Shown here: positions 1 through 8,339 of the stretch, in pieces
Numbering within the stretch: the stretch's first letter is position 1
Layout of the letters: each line of letters begins with the position of its first letter
Origin: a virus
Lineage: Duplodnaviria; Caudoviricetes
DNA: 34,644 nucleotides
Virus record (IMG/VR): IMGVR_UViG_3300037419_001053
Coordinates: 1-34,644 of that record
Reading direction: 5' to 3' (one strand)
Notes under the pieces: model-generated
Database searches by the model: none
The model's input: only the letters and a program-made list of their open reading frames with translations
What the model was told of the DNA's origin: nothing
Program-made: the position numbers and the translations under genes

Positions 1-511
1 GCTTCTGTTCGGCCCGGATGGCGACGAGCAGTGCGGCCGCCTGATCCTTGGCGGCTTGCCGCGCCACCGCAGCCTGGGTCTTCGGGCCGACCTGGGCGTC
101 AACCGCGACGGCCTCGCCGACCGCGCACAACGCCTTCTGAAGGATGAGCCCGGAGCGCTTCGGCCCGGTGTTCACAGCGATGTCGAAGGTCTTCCATGCA
201 ACCAGTCGCGGGGCGAGCGAGGCGTACCAGCCGGGCGACCACCAGCACGCGAAGTACCCGTCGGCAGCCTCATCCGAGGTCAGGCCGATGATGTCCTTGC
301 GGTCCACATGGCCGTCGTGGTCGACGTCGAGAAAGCGCGCGGTCTGCGGGTCGGCCCCGATCTCTGCCAGCGCCCACCGGAGAGAGATGCCGAAGTTCGT
401 CACGCCGCCAGGATCGGCCGCGCTGTCAGCCAGGCCGCCCTCCAGCTTCAGGGTGCGCTGGATCGACCACGCCGCGACCGGATCGCGGGCTTGGAGGCTG
501 GCGAGGGACAC
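1..511 (-). CDS. Endolysin, glycoside hydrolase family 108 (3' end outside window)
   Basis: Not in ORF track. Manual translation from GTG 511: MSLASLQARDPVAAWSIQRTLKLEGGLADSAADPGGVTNFGIS...FDIAVNTGPKRSGLILQKAL. EGG-x6-DPGG-x-TNFGI and FDxAVNxG are GH108 hallmarks. Confidence 0.9.
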   Translation of the reverse strand, partial: MSLASLQARDPVAAWSIQRTLKLEGGLADSAADPGGVTNFGISLRWALAEIGADPQTARFLDVDHDGHVDRKDIIGLTSDEAADGYFACWWSPGWYASLAPRLVAWKTFDIAVNTGPKRSGLILQKALCAVGEAVAVDAQVGPKTQAAVARQAAKDQAAALLVAIRAEQK

Positions 512-515
512 GGGC

Positions 516-782
516 TCAGCGCCCCACCGACCGGCCGCGCTCGGAGAGGAGCTTCTTCACGTCCCCCCTCACCTCATCGAGCAGCTTGCCGAACTGCTCC
601 CAGCCGCCGAGCACCTTGGAGTGCTCGTCCTGGATCTTTTTCAGGTCCCGGATGTCGCTCTCGGCCCCGTCGAGACGCTCGGAGTGGCGCCCGGCATGCC
701 AGATCAGGAAGGCGATGGACCCGAGGGCGGAGAGCCCAAGGGTCGCGCAGGCCGCGATGGCCGCAACGCCCTCCCAGTTCAT
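516..782 (-). CDS. Single-TM plus coiled-coil lysis-cassette protein (holin/antiholin-like), 88 aa
   Basis: ATG 782 overlaps upstream TGA; MNWEGVAAIAACATLGLSALGSIAFLIW TM then a charged helical tail; directly before the endolysin. Confidence 0.65.
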   Translation of the reverse strand: MNWEGVAAIAACATLGLSALGSIAFLIWHAGRHSERLDGAESDIRDLKKIQDEHSKVLGGWEQFGKLLDEVRGDVKKLLSERGRSVGR

Positions 783-1072
783 CGCGGCCCCGCGTCGCCG
801 CGGTCCTTCTTCGACGCGATGAAGTAGAAGCCGATCACGGCCAGCACACCCGAGCCGCCGAACAGACCCGTGGCGATGGCGAAGAAGAGCTTGTTGTCGC
901 CGAGGTTGGGTTGAGCGGCGAGCAGGTGCAGGCAGTAGAACGATAGCAAGAAGATGCCCACCGAGGCCCAGGCTCGGGAGTCCGGCGCCCACCATGGCGC
1001 ATTGGTGCGCTTGGACTTCTCGGCCGGGCTTGGCGCAGCCGGGGGCGCGCCGGGATCAGGCGTTTCGCTCAT
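779..1072 (-). CDS. Putative holin (2 TM, 97 aa)
   Basis: Two hydrophobic segments (WASVGIFLLSFYCLHLL; FFAIATGLFGGSGVLAVIGFYF), basic tail SKKDR, GAGAG RBS-like sequence, lysis cassette position. Confidence 0.65.
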   Translation of the reverse strand: MSETPDPGAPPAAPSPAEKSKRTNAPWWAPDSRAWASVGIFLLSFYCLHLLAAQPNLGDNKLFFAIATGLFGGSGVLAVIGFYFIASKKDRGDAGPR

Positions 1073-1129
1073 GGCAGGTTACTCTCTCGATGGATGGGGT
1101 GGCCGCCTCTTGCGGGCGGCTCGGGAAAC

Positions 1130-1522
1130 TCAGGCGATGGCGACCCAGCCGGCCCCTTCCGCGGCCTGCCGGCTGATCCAGTGGTACGGAACCTGCGCCC
1201 ACGGCAGGACGTCAGGGCTGCGGTTATCGAGGACGTAGGTCCCGCGCTCCGTGTCGACGGTCAGCACGGCGTGCGGTGCGCCCGTCTCGTCCAGGCAGAC
1301 GGCCAGCCGTAGGGCCGCGTCGGGCCAGCCGAGCGCGCGCAGGCGGTTGCGCTTGCCGAGGCTGTAGTCCTCGCAGTCTCCGGCGCCGGCGACGTCGATG
1401 CTCTCCCAGAACTCCGGCTTGCCGTAGAGGGCCATGTCGGTCCTGTAGGGCAGCGCGTTCACGTCCGCGTTCACCTGCCGCAGCTCGCGCCAGCGCGCCG
1501 GCGTCAGCGCGACGGCGTGCAT
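1130..1522 (-). CDS. Transglutaminase-like cysteine protease (BTLCP, peptidase C93), catalytic part
   Basis: VNADVN, GDCEDY (Cys), HAVLTV (His), VLDNR (Asp) triad motifs. Confidence 0.88.
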   Translation of the reverse strand: MHAVALTPARWRELRQVNADVNALPYRTDMALYGKPEFWESIDVAGAGDCEDYSLGKRNRLRALGWPDAALRLAVCLDETGAPHAVLTVDTERGTYVLDNRSPDVLPWAQVPYHWISRQAAEGAGWVAIA

Positions 1523-1674
1523 CGCGGGTCGTCCGTCGCGTGGCGGCCGCAGTAGTCGGCCCAGCCGCTCGGCGCCGCGACGGCAGGGCCATCCCGCATC
1601 GGCGCGCTCGGCGGCGGATGGTCGGCGCAGCCGCCGAGCAGCAGTAGGACCAGGGCGGCGGCGATCCCGCGCAT
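1504..1674 (-). CDS. Small lipoprotein (56 aa) resembling the BTLCP N-terminal segment
   Basis: AAAGGA RBS, ATG 1674, MRGIAAALVLLLLGG-C lipobox, then APSGWADYCGRH..PRC; overlaps BTLCP ORF in another frame. Confidence 0.7.
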   Translation of the reverse strand: MRGIAAALVLLLLGGCADHPPPSAPMRDGPAVAAPSGWADYCGRHATDDPRCTPSR

Positions 1675-1721
1675 CTGCGCATCCTTTGTTCTAGGAGCGG
1701 TTGTGCTAGCGTCACCGCCCA

Positions 1722-2888
1722 ATGCTGAGAACTTGGCCAGCGGCTCTGAGTTTGATCGCCGTCGGGCTTCTGTCCGCCGCAGCGTGGCGCGTGACTTCTG
1801 GGCCGCCCCTCCCTGCCGGCGCCTCTCTGCTCGCCGAGAGCGGCTCCGTGATGTGGTACAACCGGCCGGCCACGGTGGCGGTCGGCCGCGATGCGATCAT
1901 CGGATGGACGAGCGGAAACGACCGCTCGGTGCGCGTGGCGAGGGTCTCGGGAACGAGCGGCCGGGTCCAAGATGTCGAGACGCTGCACAAGTGGCGCTAC
2001 GCCGACGATCATGGCTCCCCGGCCTTGCACCGGATCGGGAGCGGCCCACATGCCGGCCGCATCCTCGCCGTCTACGCGCTGCACAACTCCGAGCTCTACG
2101 CCCGCCGATCTGCGACCGCTGACGGCCACGGCTGGGAGCCCGAGCAGCGCCTGTTCAATTGTGAGTGCAGCTACCCGGCGATCCTCGAGACGGGCGGCAC
2201 GATCTACCTCTTCTACGGCCGGAACACGGGAGGCGGCACGCGCAGCTACTTCTTCCGCGCCTCTCGCGATGGCGGCGACAGCTTCGGCCCCGAACAACTC
2301 GCCGTAGGCGCGGCCGCGGGCCAGTGGATCTATGCCCTTCCGTTCGTCGACGCGCAGAAGCGCATCGACCTCGTGTGGGACGTGCAGGAGCCCCGCGCGA
2401 TGGACATCCACGACTTCTACTTTGCGCGACTTGGACAGACCGCCGGAGCCCAGCCGGTCTACCGCTCTCCTTCACGCGCCTTCACCCGCGCCTGGGACGT
2501 GCGCCTTGCGGCTGACGGGCGGCCCACGGTGCTGACGATCGACTACGTCGGCGAGGACGCCATGGCCCACTGGCGCAAGCTCCGGGCGGATGGAAGCTGG
2601 CTGGACGTACCGCTCGGGCGCGGCGCGTTCGCCTACTACCCCTGCGGCGCGGTGTTCGCCGGCGACGCCGAGACTGTCTGGGTCGCGAGAATCGGAGGTC
2701 TCGAGGAGCTTAAGGTCGACGAGGCGGCTCGGAATTCTCGTCGCATAGGCTGGATCGCGAGTCGGCGTGGAGCGCCGTTGTGCCGGCCCACCTCCCTCGG
2801 CGGCGACGGAGTAGCAGCGTCCGAAGTGTTAAAGATCCTCGACAACATGCACTTCCAGACGCCGCTCGTCGCGATGGTGCCCCGCTAG
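1722..2888 (+). CDS. Exported/membrane-anchored BNR (Asp-box) repeat beta-propeller protein; antisense moron
   Basis: N-terminal hydrophobic leader, DDHGSPAL motif (BNR_4-like), Asp-box SRDGGDSF, SYP..IYLFYGR; opposite strand to the late operon. Confidence 0.75.
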   Translation: MLRTWPAALSLIAVGLLSAAAWRVTSGPPLPAGASLLAESGSVMWYNRPATVAVGRDAIIGWTSGNDRSVRVARVSGTSGRVQDVETLHKWRYADDHGSPALHRIGSGPHAGRILAVYALHNSELYARRSATADGHGWEPEQRLFNCECSYPAILETGGTIYLFYGRNTGGGTRSYFFRASRDGGDSFGPEQLAVGAAAGQWIYALPFVDAQKRIDLVWDVQEPRAMDIHDFYFARLGQTAGAQPVYRSPSRAFTRAWDVRLAADGRPTVLTIDYVGEDAMAHWRKLRADGSWLDVPLGRGAFAYYPCGAVFAGDAETVWVARIGGLEELKVDEAARNSRRIGWIASRRGAPLCRPTSLGGDGVAASEVLKILDNMHFQTPLVAMVPR

Positions 2889-5461
2889 AACACCTGCGAG
2901 ACGAACGGCTCCGGCGGCAGCGGTGTGGTCGCGTCGCTGTCCTGAAGCGTGGTCCCGATGCACGTCTTGTCCGCGCACCAGGAGAGCGTGCGCGAGCCCG
3001 CGGCGGTGGTGATCCCCTGGTCGGCCGTCAGCGTCACCGTGAGCCCGCTCACCGACACCGAGGTGATGGTGCGGGGGCCGTTGCCGTCGACGAGCGTCCA
3101 GCCGTTCACGTCCGCCCCGGCATGGGTCAGGGGCGCGACGCCACCGGTGAAGGTCACCGTCACCTGGTTGCCGCTCACGCTGGCGCTGGCGAATTGCGGC
3201 GCCCGGTTCTGCGCCCCGCCTTCCCACTTGAAGGCGGCGTAGCGGTACAGGATCGCCCCCATGGCCGCCTTGGTCGCTTGGCTGGAGAAGTGGACGTTGT
3301 CCGACAGGTCCGCGTGGAGGTGCGCGAAGGACCCGAAGGGCGTGTAGCCAGACCCCGCCGTATTCCAGGCCGCGAGCTGCGCCGCGCGGATCGGCGGGAA
3401 ATTCACGCTGGCCACCGCTCCGTCCTCGCCACCGCTCAGGATCGACCACAGGCGGAGGTTCGGATTGGCAAGACCGGCCTGGAGGAAGCCGGGCAGAGCC
3501 GCCTGCCGCGCAGCGTACTGCGCCTGCGTCGTCGCAAGGCTCATGTCATTCAGACCGAGGTCGAACAGGATGAAGTTCGGCGTCAGGAAGTCGGCCTGAA
3601 GACCCAGCAATTGCGACCTGGCCGTGGCCGCCAAGGCGACTTCCGCACCGACGGCCGGGGTCGGGCTCCATGACCCGTCGCCAGTCCCGGTCCTGAAGAA
3701 GTAGGTCGAACCTCGGGTCACCTGGGTGACACCGATAACCGCGCCGAAGTGGTCGTAGAGCTTCTGGACGAAGGCGAGCCAATATTGATTGCCGATGCTG
3801 TAGACCGGGCTCACGGCCGCTCCCGAGCCTGTGCCGCCGGAGAGCGCGGTCGGATTGGCCGGCGGGATGCTGTAGGCGCCAAGCGGCGTCGATGTGGCCG
3901 GAGTGCCCAGTCCGGTGATTGCGCCGCCGCCGTCAACGGCCGTGACCTTCACCTGGAACGGCGTACCCGTGCCCCCAACCGCGGTGAGAACGTCGCCCAC
4001 GGTGTAGCCCGAGCCCCTAGTCGTGATCGGCACGACAGGATCGTCGGCGCCCGTGCCATACGCCTGCAGCGTCGTCCAGTTCGCCCGATCCTTGCGCAGG
4101 AAGCCGGCGGGAATGCTGATCGGATACATCGCGCCCCGGCCATCCGGGTTGCTCTCACCGAGCACGCCCAGAACGACGCCGACCGCGACGTTGGCGACGG
4201 TGACGGCGTTCGCCCCGCCCACTTCCGCCACCGTCAACGTGCCGTTGCCCTTAGCCTGAGCGGGCAGCACCGTATCCAGCACGCCATGCGCATCAGCGGT
4301 CCCCACTGCGACCGTCGCGCCGCCGTTCCAGCTCGCTTGATATGCCGTCGAGGGCTTCCCGATCAGCTTGATCGGGATATCCGCGACCTGGGTCGCCAGG
4401 TTCATCGGAATGACGGCGTTCGCGTAGGGGAACGATACGGTGGGCGCGGCCGAGATAGTGGGCGCGAAGGCGCGGGCCAGCTTCGACGGGACGCCGCCGA
4501 ACGTCATCGCGGTGGGATCGAGCGCCCCCTGCGCGATCAGGATGGTGAATACCTTGCCTTTCAGACTGTTGGTCGGGCCGAACAGGTTGAGCGCCGATGC
4601 GGTCGCCGATCCGGCGAAGATATTGCTGCCCTGGAAGACGCCACCATCTCCGCCCCGGACGCTGTGCTCCGTGGCGATCCCGCGTCCGTCGTCCAGGCTC
4701 CACAGCGACAGCACATGCGGCGCCGTGATCTGGGTGTAGGTCCGCGTGACAATGTCCCATTGCGCGAAGTGCCGGGACACGGATCCATCAATTTCCCAGA
4801 AGCGGGTTGGGGTCGCGGCCGTGTCCTGCACCAGGTACTCAATGTCCCCGCTCGCGGCGTGTTGGTGCGCCGCGATCAGGCTCAAGGGGTGATCGTTGGT
4901 CTTGAGGGACACAGAAGCCGGCAATGCATAACCCCGCTGCGTGGCGTTCTGATTGGGGTCCTGGGTACCCGTGGCGACGCCGGCGAAGAAGGGCGCGCCG
5001 GCCGTGGCGACGTTGAGGATCACCCGCTTGTCGTTGGCGAGCGCCGGGGCGTAGTCGTTCGCTGGGTTCGTGCCCGCCTGGTTGTAGATCTTGTTGACCA
5101 GCAGGATAGCGCTGCCGGCGAACGCCGAGGCCTTCTGCCCGCGCGCCCGGGGCTTGGTCCACAGGTTGCAGCTGTTGTCGGAATAGAGCTTCTGGATGAC
5201 GCCGGAGCCCCAGCCGCGCTCCACCTCGACCGTCGGGTAGCCGCTGGCCGCCCAGGTCTTGTTGATCGCGCACGGCGCGCCGATGAAGGCGAAGGTCTGG
5301 CCAGCGATCAGGTCGGAGAAGCTGAGCGGCGGCGCGCCGGAGGTCACCACCAGCTTCTGCGGCGCGCTCAGCGCCAGCGCGGGCGCGGGCGCGCCTACGG
5401 CGAGGACGGCCGCGGCCAGCGCGGCGAGCGCCGCGCCCGCAGCTCGGAAACGCTTCAGCAT
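2885..5461 (-). CDS. Large signal-peptide-bearing multidomain protein with SGNH/sialate O-acetylesterase-like domain (putative appendage or depolymerase), 858 aa
   Basis: Leader MLKRFRAAGAALAALAAAVLAVGAPAPALA; SGNH-like blocks VLGESN, LGLND, DNVH; Gly/Thr-rich beta regions; C-terminal Ig-like domain. Confidence 0.7.
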   Translation of the reverse strand: MLKRFRAAGAALAALAAAVLAVGAPAPALALSAPQKLVVTSGAPPLSFSDLIAGQTFAFIGAPCAINKTWAASGYPTVEVERGWGSGVIQKLYSDNSCNLWTKPRARGQKASAFAGSAILLVNKIYNQAGTNPANDYAPALANDKRVILNVATAGAPFFAGVATGTQDPNQNATQRGYALPASVSLKTNDHPLSLIAAHQHAASGDIEYLVQDTAATPTRFWEIDGSVSRHFAQWDIVTRTYTQITAPHVLSLWSLDDGRGIATEHSVRGGDGGVFQGSNIFAGSATASALNLFGPTNSLKGKVFTILIAQGALDPTAMTFGGVPSKLARAFAPTISAAPTVSFPYANAVIPMNLATQVADIPIKLIGKPSTAYQASWNGGATVAVGTADAHGVLDTVLPAQAKGNGTLTVAEVGGANAVTVANVAVGVVLGVLGESNPDGRGAMYPISIPAGFLRKDRANWTTLQAYGTGADDPVVPITTRGSGYTVGDVLTAVGGTGTPFQVKVTAVDGGGAITGLGTPATSTPLGAYSIPPANPTALSGGTGSGAAVSPVYSIGNQYWLAFVQKLYDHFGAVIGVTQVTRGSTYFFRTGTGDGSWSPTPAVGAEVALAATARSQLLGLQADFLTPNFILFDLGLNDMSLATTQAQYAARQAALPGFLQAGLANPNLRLWSILSGGEDGAVASVNFPPIRAAQLAAWNTAGSGYTPFGSFAHLHADLSDNVHFSSQATKAAMGAILYRYAAFKWEGGAQNRAPQFASASVSGNQVTVTFTGGVAPLTHAGADVNGWTLVDGNGPRTITSVSVSGLTVTLTADQGITTAAGSRTLSWCADKTCIGTTLQDSDATTPLPPEPFVSQVF

Positions 5462-5466
5462 TGCGA

Positions 5467-6435
5467 TCAGTCCTGGAAGCCGTCAGCCACGAGGGAGAGG
5501 TCGGATGTCGACCCCGGCGTCACCGCCCCGCCCGTCACCAGGCAGAAGTAGAGGGCGGTGCCGGGGCTCGAATCCTGGTTCTTGAAGGGGGCGTTGAGCC
5601 CGGTCAGCTGGCCATAGGTCCCCGTTTCCCACGAACCGGGGTTGCTCAGCGTCACCGAGATCGGGAAACCCGGCAGGGCATAGGGGCTGTCGGCGTTATT
5701 CGAGACGAAGGCCGACTTGTCGGTGCAGGTGGTGCTGGGCTGCTTCGACCAGGCATAGACCCAGATGGTGTTCGTGGACCCCCCGTTCGACTTCAGGCGC
5801 AGGTTCACCAGCGTGCCGGAGCCGCCGTTGGTGCGCGCCGCCCCGGTGAGGGTAATCAGGCCGCCCTCGGAGTTGCCGGCCGAATAGGCGGCGTTCTGCA
5901 CCGTGATGGCGCTCACCGCACCGCCGGTGCCGAGGTGGAAGCTGTAGCCGCCGACGTTGCCGCCGAAGGTCCAGCTGCCGCTCTGGGTCACGGCCTGGGC
6001 CGATGGGAACTGGACCGTCAGCGTGCCCGCGACGGCGTTCCTTATGGCCTTGTCGATCGACACCAGCGTGCCGACGCCCGAGCCGCTCCACGCCGAATCC
6101 GCCGTGGTGCCCAGCGCCGCGGCCGTCGCGGTCTCCTGGGTGATCTGGCTCGTCTGGTTCGCCGAGGTGGAGGCGCCCGTGGCGAGGGGCGTGCTCTGAA
6201 CGTTGACGTTCACGTTGCCCGAGCTGTCCACCGAGACCGGCGTGGGCGTCGAGCCGAACAGGCCGTAAATCAGGTGGCAGGGGTACTGCAGGCCGCCGAC
6301 CAGCTTGGAGCAGAAGCTCTGGGTCGCTCCCGCGCCGTCGCGGACGGGATAGTTGTCGGCGTGCGCAGGCGCAACGCAGGCGATGAGGGCGGCCACCGCC
6401 GCAAGGGCGGCGCCGGATGGAAAGCGCATGGTCAT
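5467..6435 (-). CDS. Signal-peptide-bearing Ser/Thr/Gly-rich protein, putative virion appendage (start 6435 or 6429)
   Basis: AAGGAAG RBS; leader MRFPSGAALAAVAALIACVAPAHA-D; beta-rich C-terminal domain; in tail-fibre locus. Confidence 0.65.
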   Translation of the reverse strand: MTMRFPSGAALAAVAALIACVAPAHADNYPVRDGAGATQSFCSKLVGGLQYPCHLIYGLFGSTPTPVSVDSSGNVNVNVQSTPLATGASTSANQTSQITQETATAAALGTTADSAWSGSGVGTLVSIDKAIRNAVAGTLTVQFPSAQAVTQSGSWTFGGNVGGYSFHLGTGGAVSAITVQNAAYSAGNSEGGLITLTGAARTNGGSGTLVNLRLKSNGGSTNTIWVYAWSKQPSTTCTDKSAFVSNNADSPYALPGFPISVTLSNPGSWETGTYGQLTGLNAPFKNQDSSPGTALYFCLVTGGAVTPGSTSDLSLVADGFQD

Positions 6436-6471
6436 CTTCCTTGTGGTGAAGGGCGGCCGGCGAGGCGCGGC

Positions 6472-7101
6472 CTAGTATCCGGGCTTGCCGTCGAAGAACT
6501 CGAGGCAGACCAGCCCCGTGCCCGAGGTCCAGGCGACATGGCCCTGGTCGATCCCGTATTCGTTCACGTAGCCCAGGATGTGCCCGCCGCAACCGAAGTC
6601 GGCCGGGATGGTGTGGTTGTAGTCTGAGCCGACGCCGCCGAACCCGCCGCGGGCGTAGTCGCCGGCGTCCGAGCCGCAGGGGCCGCCAAAGTTGGCGCCA
6701 CCTGGCTGACCGTCCCGGGTCACATCGCCCGTGCTGTTCGCCGCCACTCCGCGCACGCCGGCGCCCCGGCCGCGGTCGGCGTAGACGATCACCGCTCCGT
6801 TGGCGTGCTTGACGAAGCTGTCGTTCATCATGGAGGCCGTCCCGACGTCGCCGCACTGGATCGAGAGCGCCTCGCCCACGGCCACGGCCGAGACCGCGCG
6901 GGCATAGGCAGAGCCGCCGCCCCAATGATCGCCCTGGCCGCCTGAGCCGACGCACATCGCGCGGACATAGGCCGGCGTGACACTCGGGTAGAGCGAGAAC
7001 GACGACGGGACCACAAGGCTGTAGGCGCCGGGATCCTTGTACCAGACGCGGCCGAGCAGCAGCGCCTCATCGGGGAACAGGCCCGTCCAGGTGATAGTCA
7101 T
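6472..7101 (-). CDS. Glycine-rich tail fibre-associated protein, paralog 2 (209 aa)
   Basis: ATG 7101 overlaps upstream TGA; GGGSAYARA, GVAANSTGDVTRDG, GLVCLEFFDGKPGY. Confidence 0.75.
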   Translation of the reverse strand: MTITWTGLFPDEALLLGRVWYKDPGAYSLVVPSSFSLYPSVTPAYVRAMCVGSGGQGDHWGGGSAYARAVSAVAVGEALSIQCGDVGTASMMNDSFVKHANGAVIVYADRGRGAGVRGVAANSTGDVTRDGQPGGANFGGPCGSDAGDYARGGFGGVGSDYNHTIPADFGCGGHILGYVNEYGIDQGHVAWTSGTGLVCLEFFDGKPGY

Positions 7102-7712
7102 GCGTACCCCGGGTCTTGGTCGAAGAACTCGACGCAGGCGCGGCCATTTCCGGGGACGATCGTCCAGAGGAACTGGAAGCCGCCGGAGCCGGCGTACTCG
7201 ACGTAGTTCTTGCCCCCGCCCCCGCCCGGCACGGGGCCCATCAAGGACTTGCCGCCGCGGCCGCCGAAGCCCAGCGGGACCGGATCGGCGTCGTCGCCGG
7301 CGCACGCCCCTCCCTGGCTCACGCCCGCGGCCGAGCCGTCGCGCTTGATGTCGCCCGTGCTGTTCGCCGCAAGGCCCGGCCCTGTGCCCTTGCCGCGCTC
7401 GGCCTTCACCAGCACCACGTTGCCCGGCGTCGTCTTCAGCAGGCTATCGCCCGACGCGTCGCCGGCGCCCAGCGTATGAGCCGTGTCGCCGATCTGCAGC
7501 GAGAACTGGTCTCCCGGTGCGCAGGTGGTCTTCACCCGAGCGAACGCCGCGCCGCCGCCGAAGCCGCCATTGGCCCAGCCGCCGGCCCCGACCAGGCTGA
7601 CGCGGATGAAGGCGGCCTTGGCGGGCGCCGTGATCGTGGTCGAGCCCGGCGTTCCGTAGAACTGCCGGTCGATCAGATGGCGGGCGCTGTAGAGATCGCT
7701 CCAGAGTTCCAT
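7098..7712 (-). CDS. Glycine-rich tail fibre-associated protein, paralog 1 (204 aa)
   Basis: ATG 7712 overlaps upstream TGA; GGGAAFARV, GLAANSTGDIKRDG, GRACVEFFDQDPGY. Confidence 0.75.
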   Translation of the reverse strand: MELWSDLYSARHLIDRQFYGTPGSTTITAPAKAAFIRVSLVGAGGWANGGFGGGAAFARVKTTCAPGDQFSLQIGDTAHTLGAGDASGDSLLKTTPGNVVLVKAERGKGTGPGLAANSTGDIKRDGSAAGVSQGGACAGDDADPVPLGFGGRGGKSLMGPVPGGGGGKNYVEYAGSGGFQFLWTIVPGNGRACVEFFDQDPGYA

Positions 7713-8299
7713 CAGACGCCCGAGCCGACCCGCCAGTGCGCGCCGTCGTACAGCACGTGGGCGATGAGGTTGTCCTTGTTCAGAGTCACGGTCGCGCTGG
7801 TGCCGAAGGTGCCGAGGTCGAAGAGCTCGCCATTGCCGTCGAGGGTGAGGTTGTGCGTGGCGAAGTTGCCGGCGACCCAGAACTCGGTGGCCAGTGCGGT
7901 CGGCGTGGCCGGGCACTCGATGGTGAAGGCCGCCGCGCTCACGTCGCAGAGGATGCGGTCCTTGCTGTAGGCGGTGTAGTTGGCGTTCTTCGAGAGCCAG
8001 TCGTGGAGGTTGAAGCCGCCGCCCGAGGTCGCCGCAGCCTGCACCGCGGTGATGAAGTGGGCGAGCATGGTGGCGCTGTCGCCGTCGTCGCGCACGTCCA
8101 CCTCCGCCTCGTCGACGATGAACTGGGCGATCATCTGAGCGATGAAGGCCGACTGCCGCCAGACCTTGTTCAGCTGCTCCGACCGGGCGATGCCCGGCTG
8201 GAAGCCGGTCGTGCGGGCCGTGAGCGCCAGGTAGTCGGCCTGGGTCATCACGTTGGCGCCGCCGTCCAAGCCGAACGGCAGGATGTCGTTAGTGGGCAT
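7712..8299 (-). CDS. Short tail fibre/anchor protein
   Basis: N-terminus NDILPFG..GANVMTQADYLAL.ARTTGFQPGIARSEQLNKVWRQSAFIA is typical of fibre anchors downstream of DUF2612; GGGAGGG RBS. Confidence 0.8.
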   Translation of the reverse strand: MPTNDILPFGLDGGANVMTQADYLALTARTTGFQPGIARSEQLNKVWRQSAFIAQMIAQFIVDEAEVDVRDDGDSATMLAHFITAVQAAATSGGGFNLHDWLSKNANYTAYSKDRILCDVSAAAFTIECPATPTALATEFWVAGNFATHNLTLDGNGELFDLGTFGTSATVTLNKDNLIAHVLYDGAHWRVGSGV

Positions 8300-8339
8300 G
8301 CGCCCTCCCCTCAGAATGGAAGCTGGTCAGCGGGTCCGA

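Noticed and set aside
56-946. 296-aa plus-strand ORF, and similar long Arg/Pro-rich ORFs throughout (e.g. 3749-5551, 5461-6627, 21995-23554)
   Set aside because: Shadow frames of real minus-strand genes in high-GC DNA; no recognisable motifs
1504-1674. o-spanin assignment for the small lipoprotein
   Set aside because: Sequence resembles the BTLCP N-terminal segment and no i-spanin partner overlaps it; spanins may lie beyond the window edge
6472-7712. Diversity-generating retroelement or invertible fibre cassette
   Set aside because: Paralogs are diverged throughout, not adenine-specific; same orientation; no reverse transcriptase or invertase in the window
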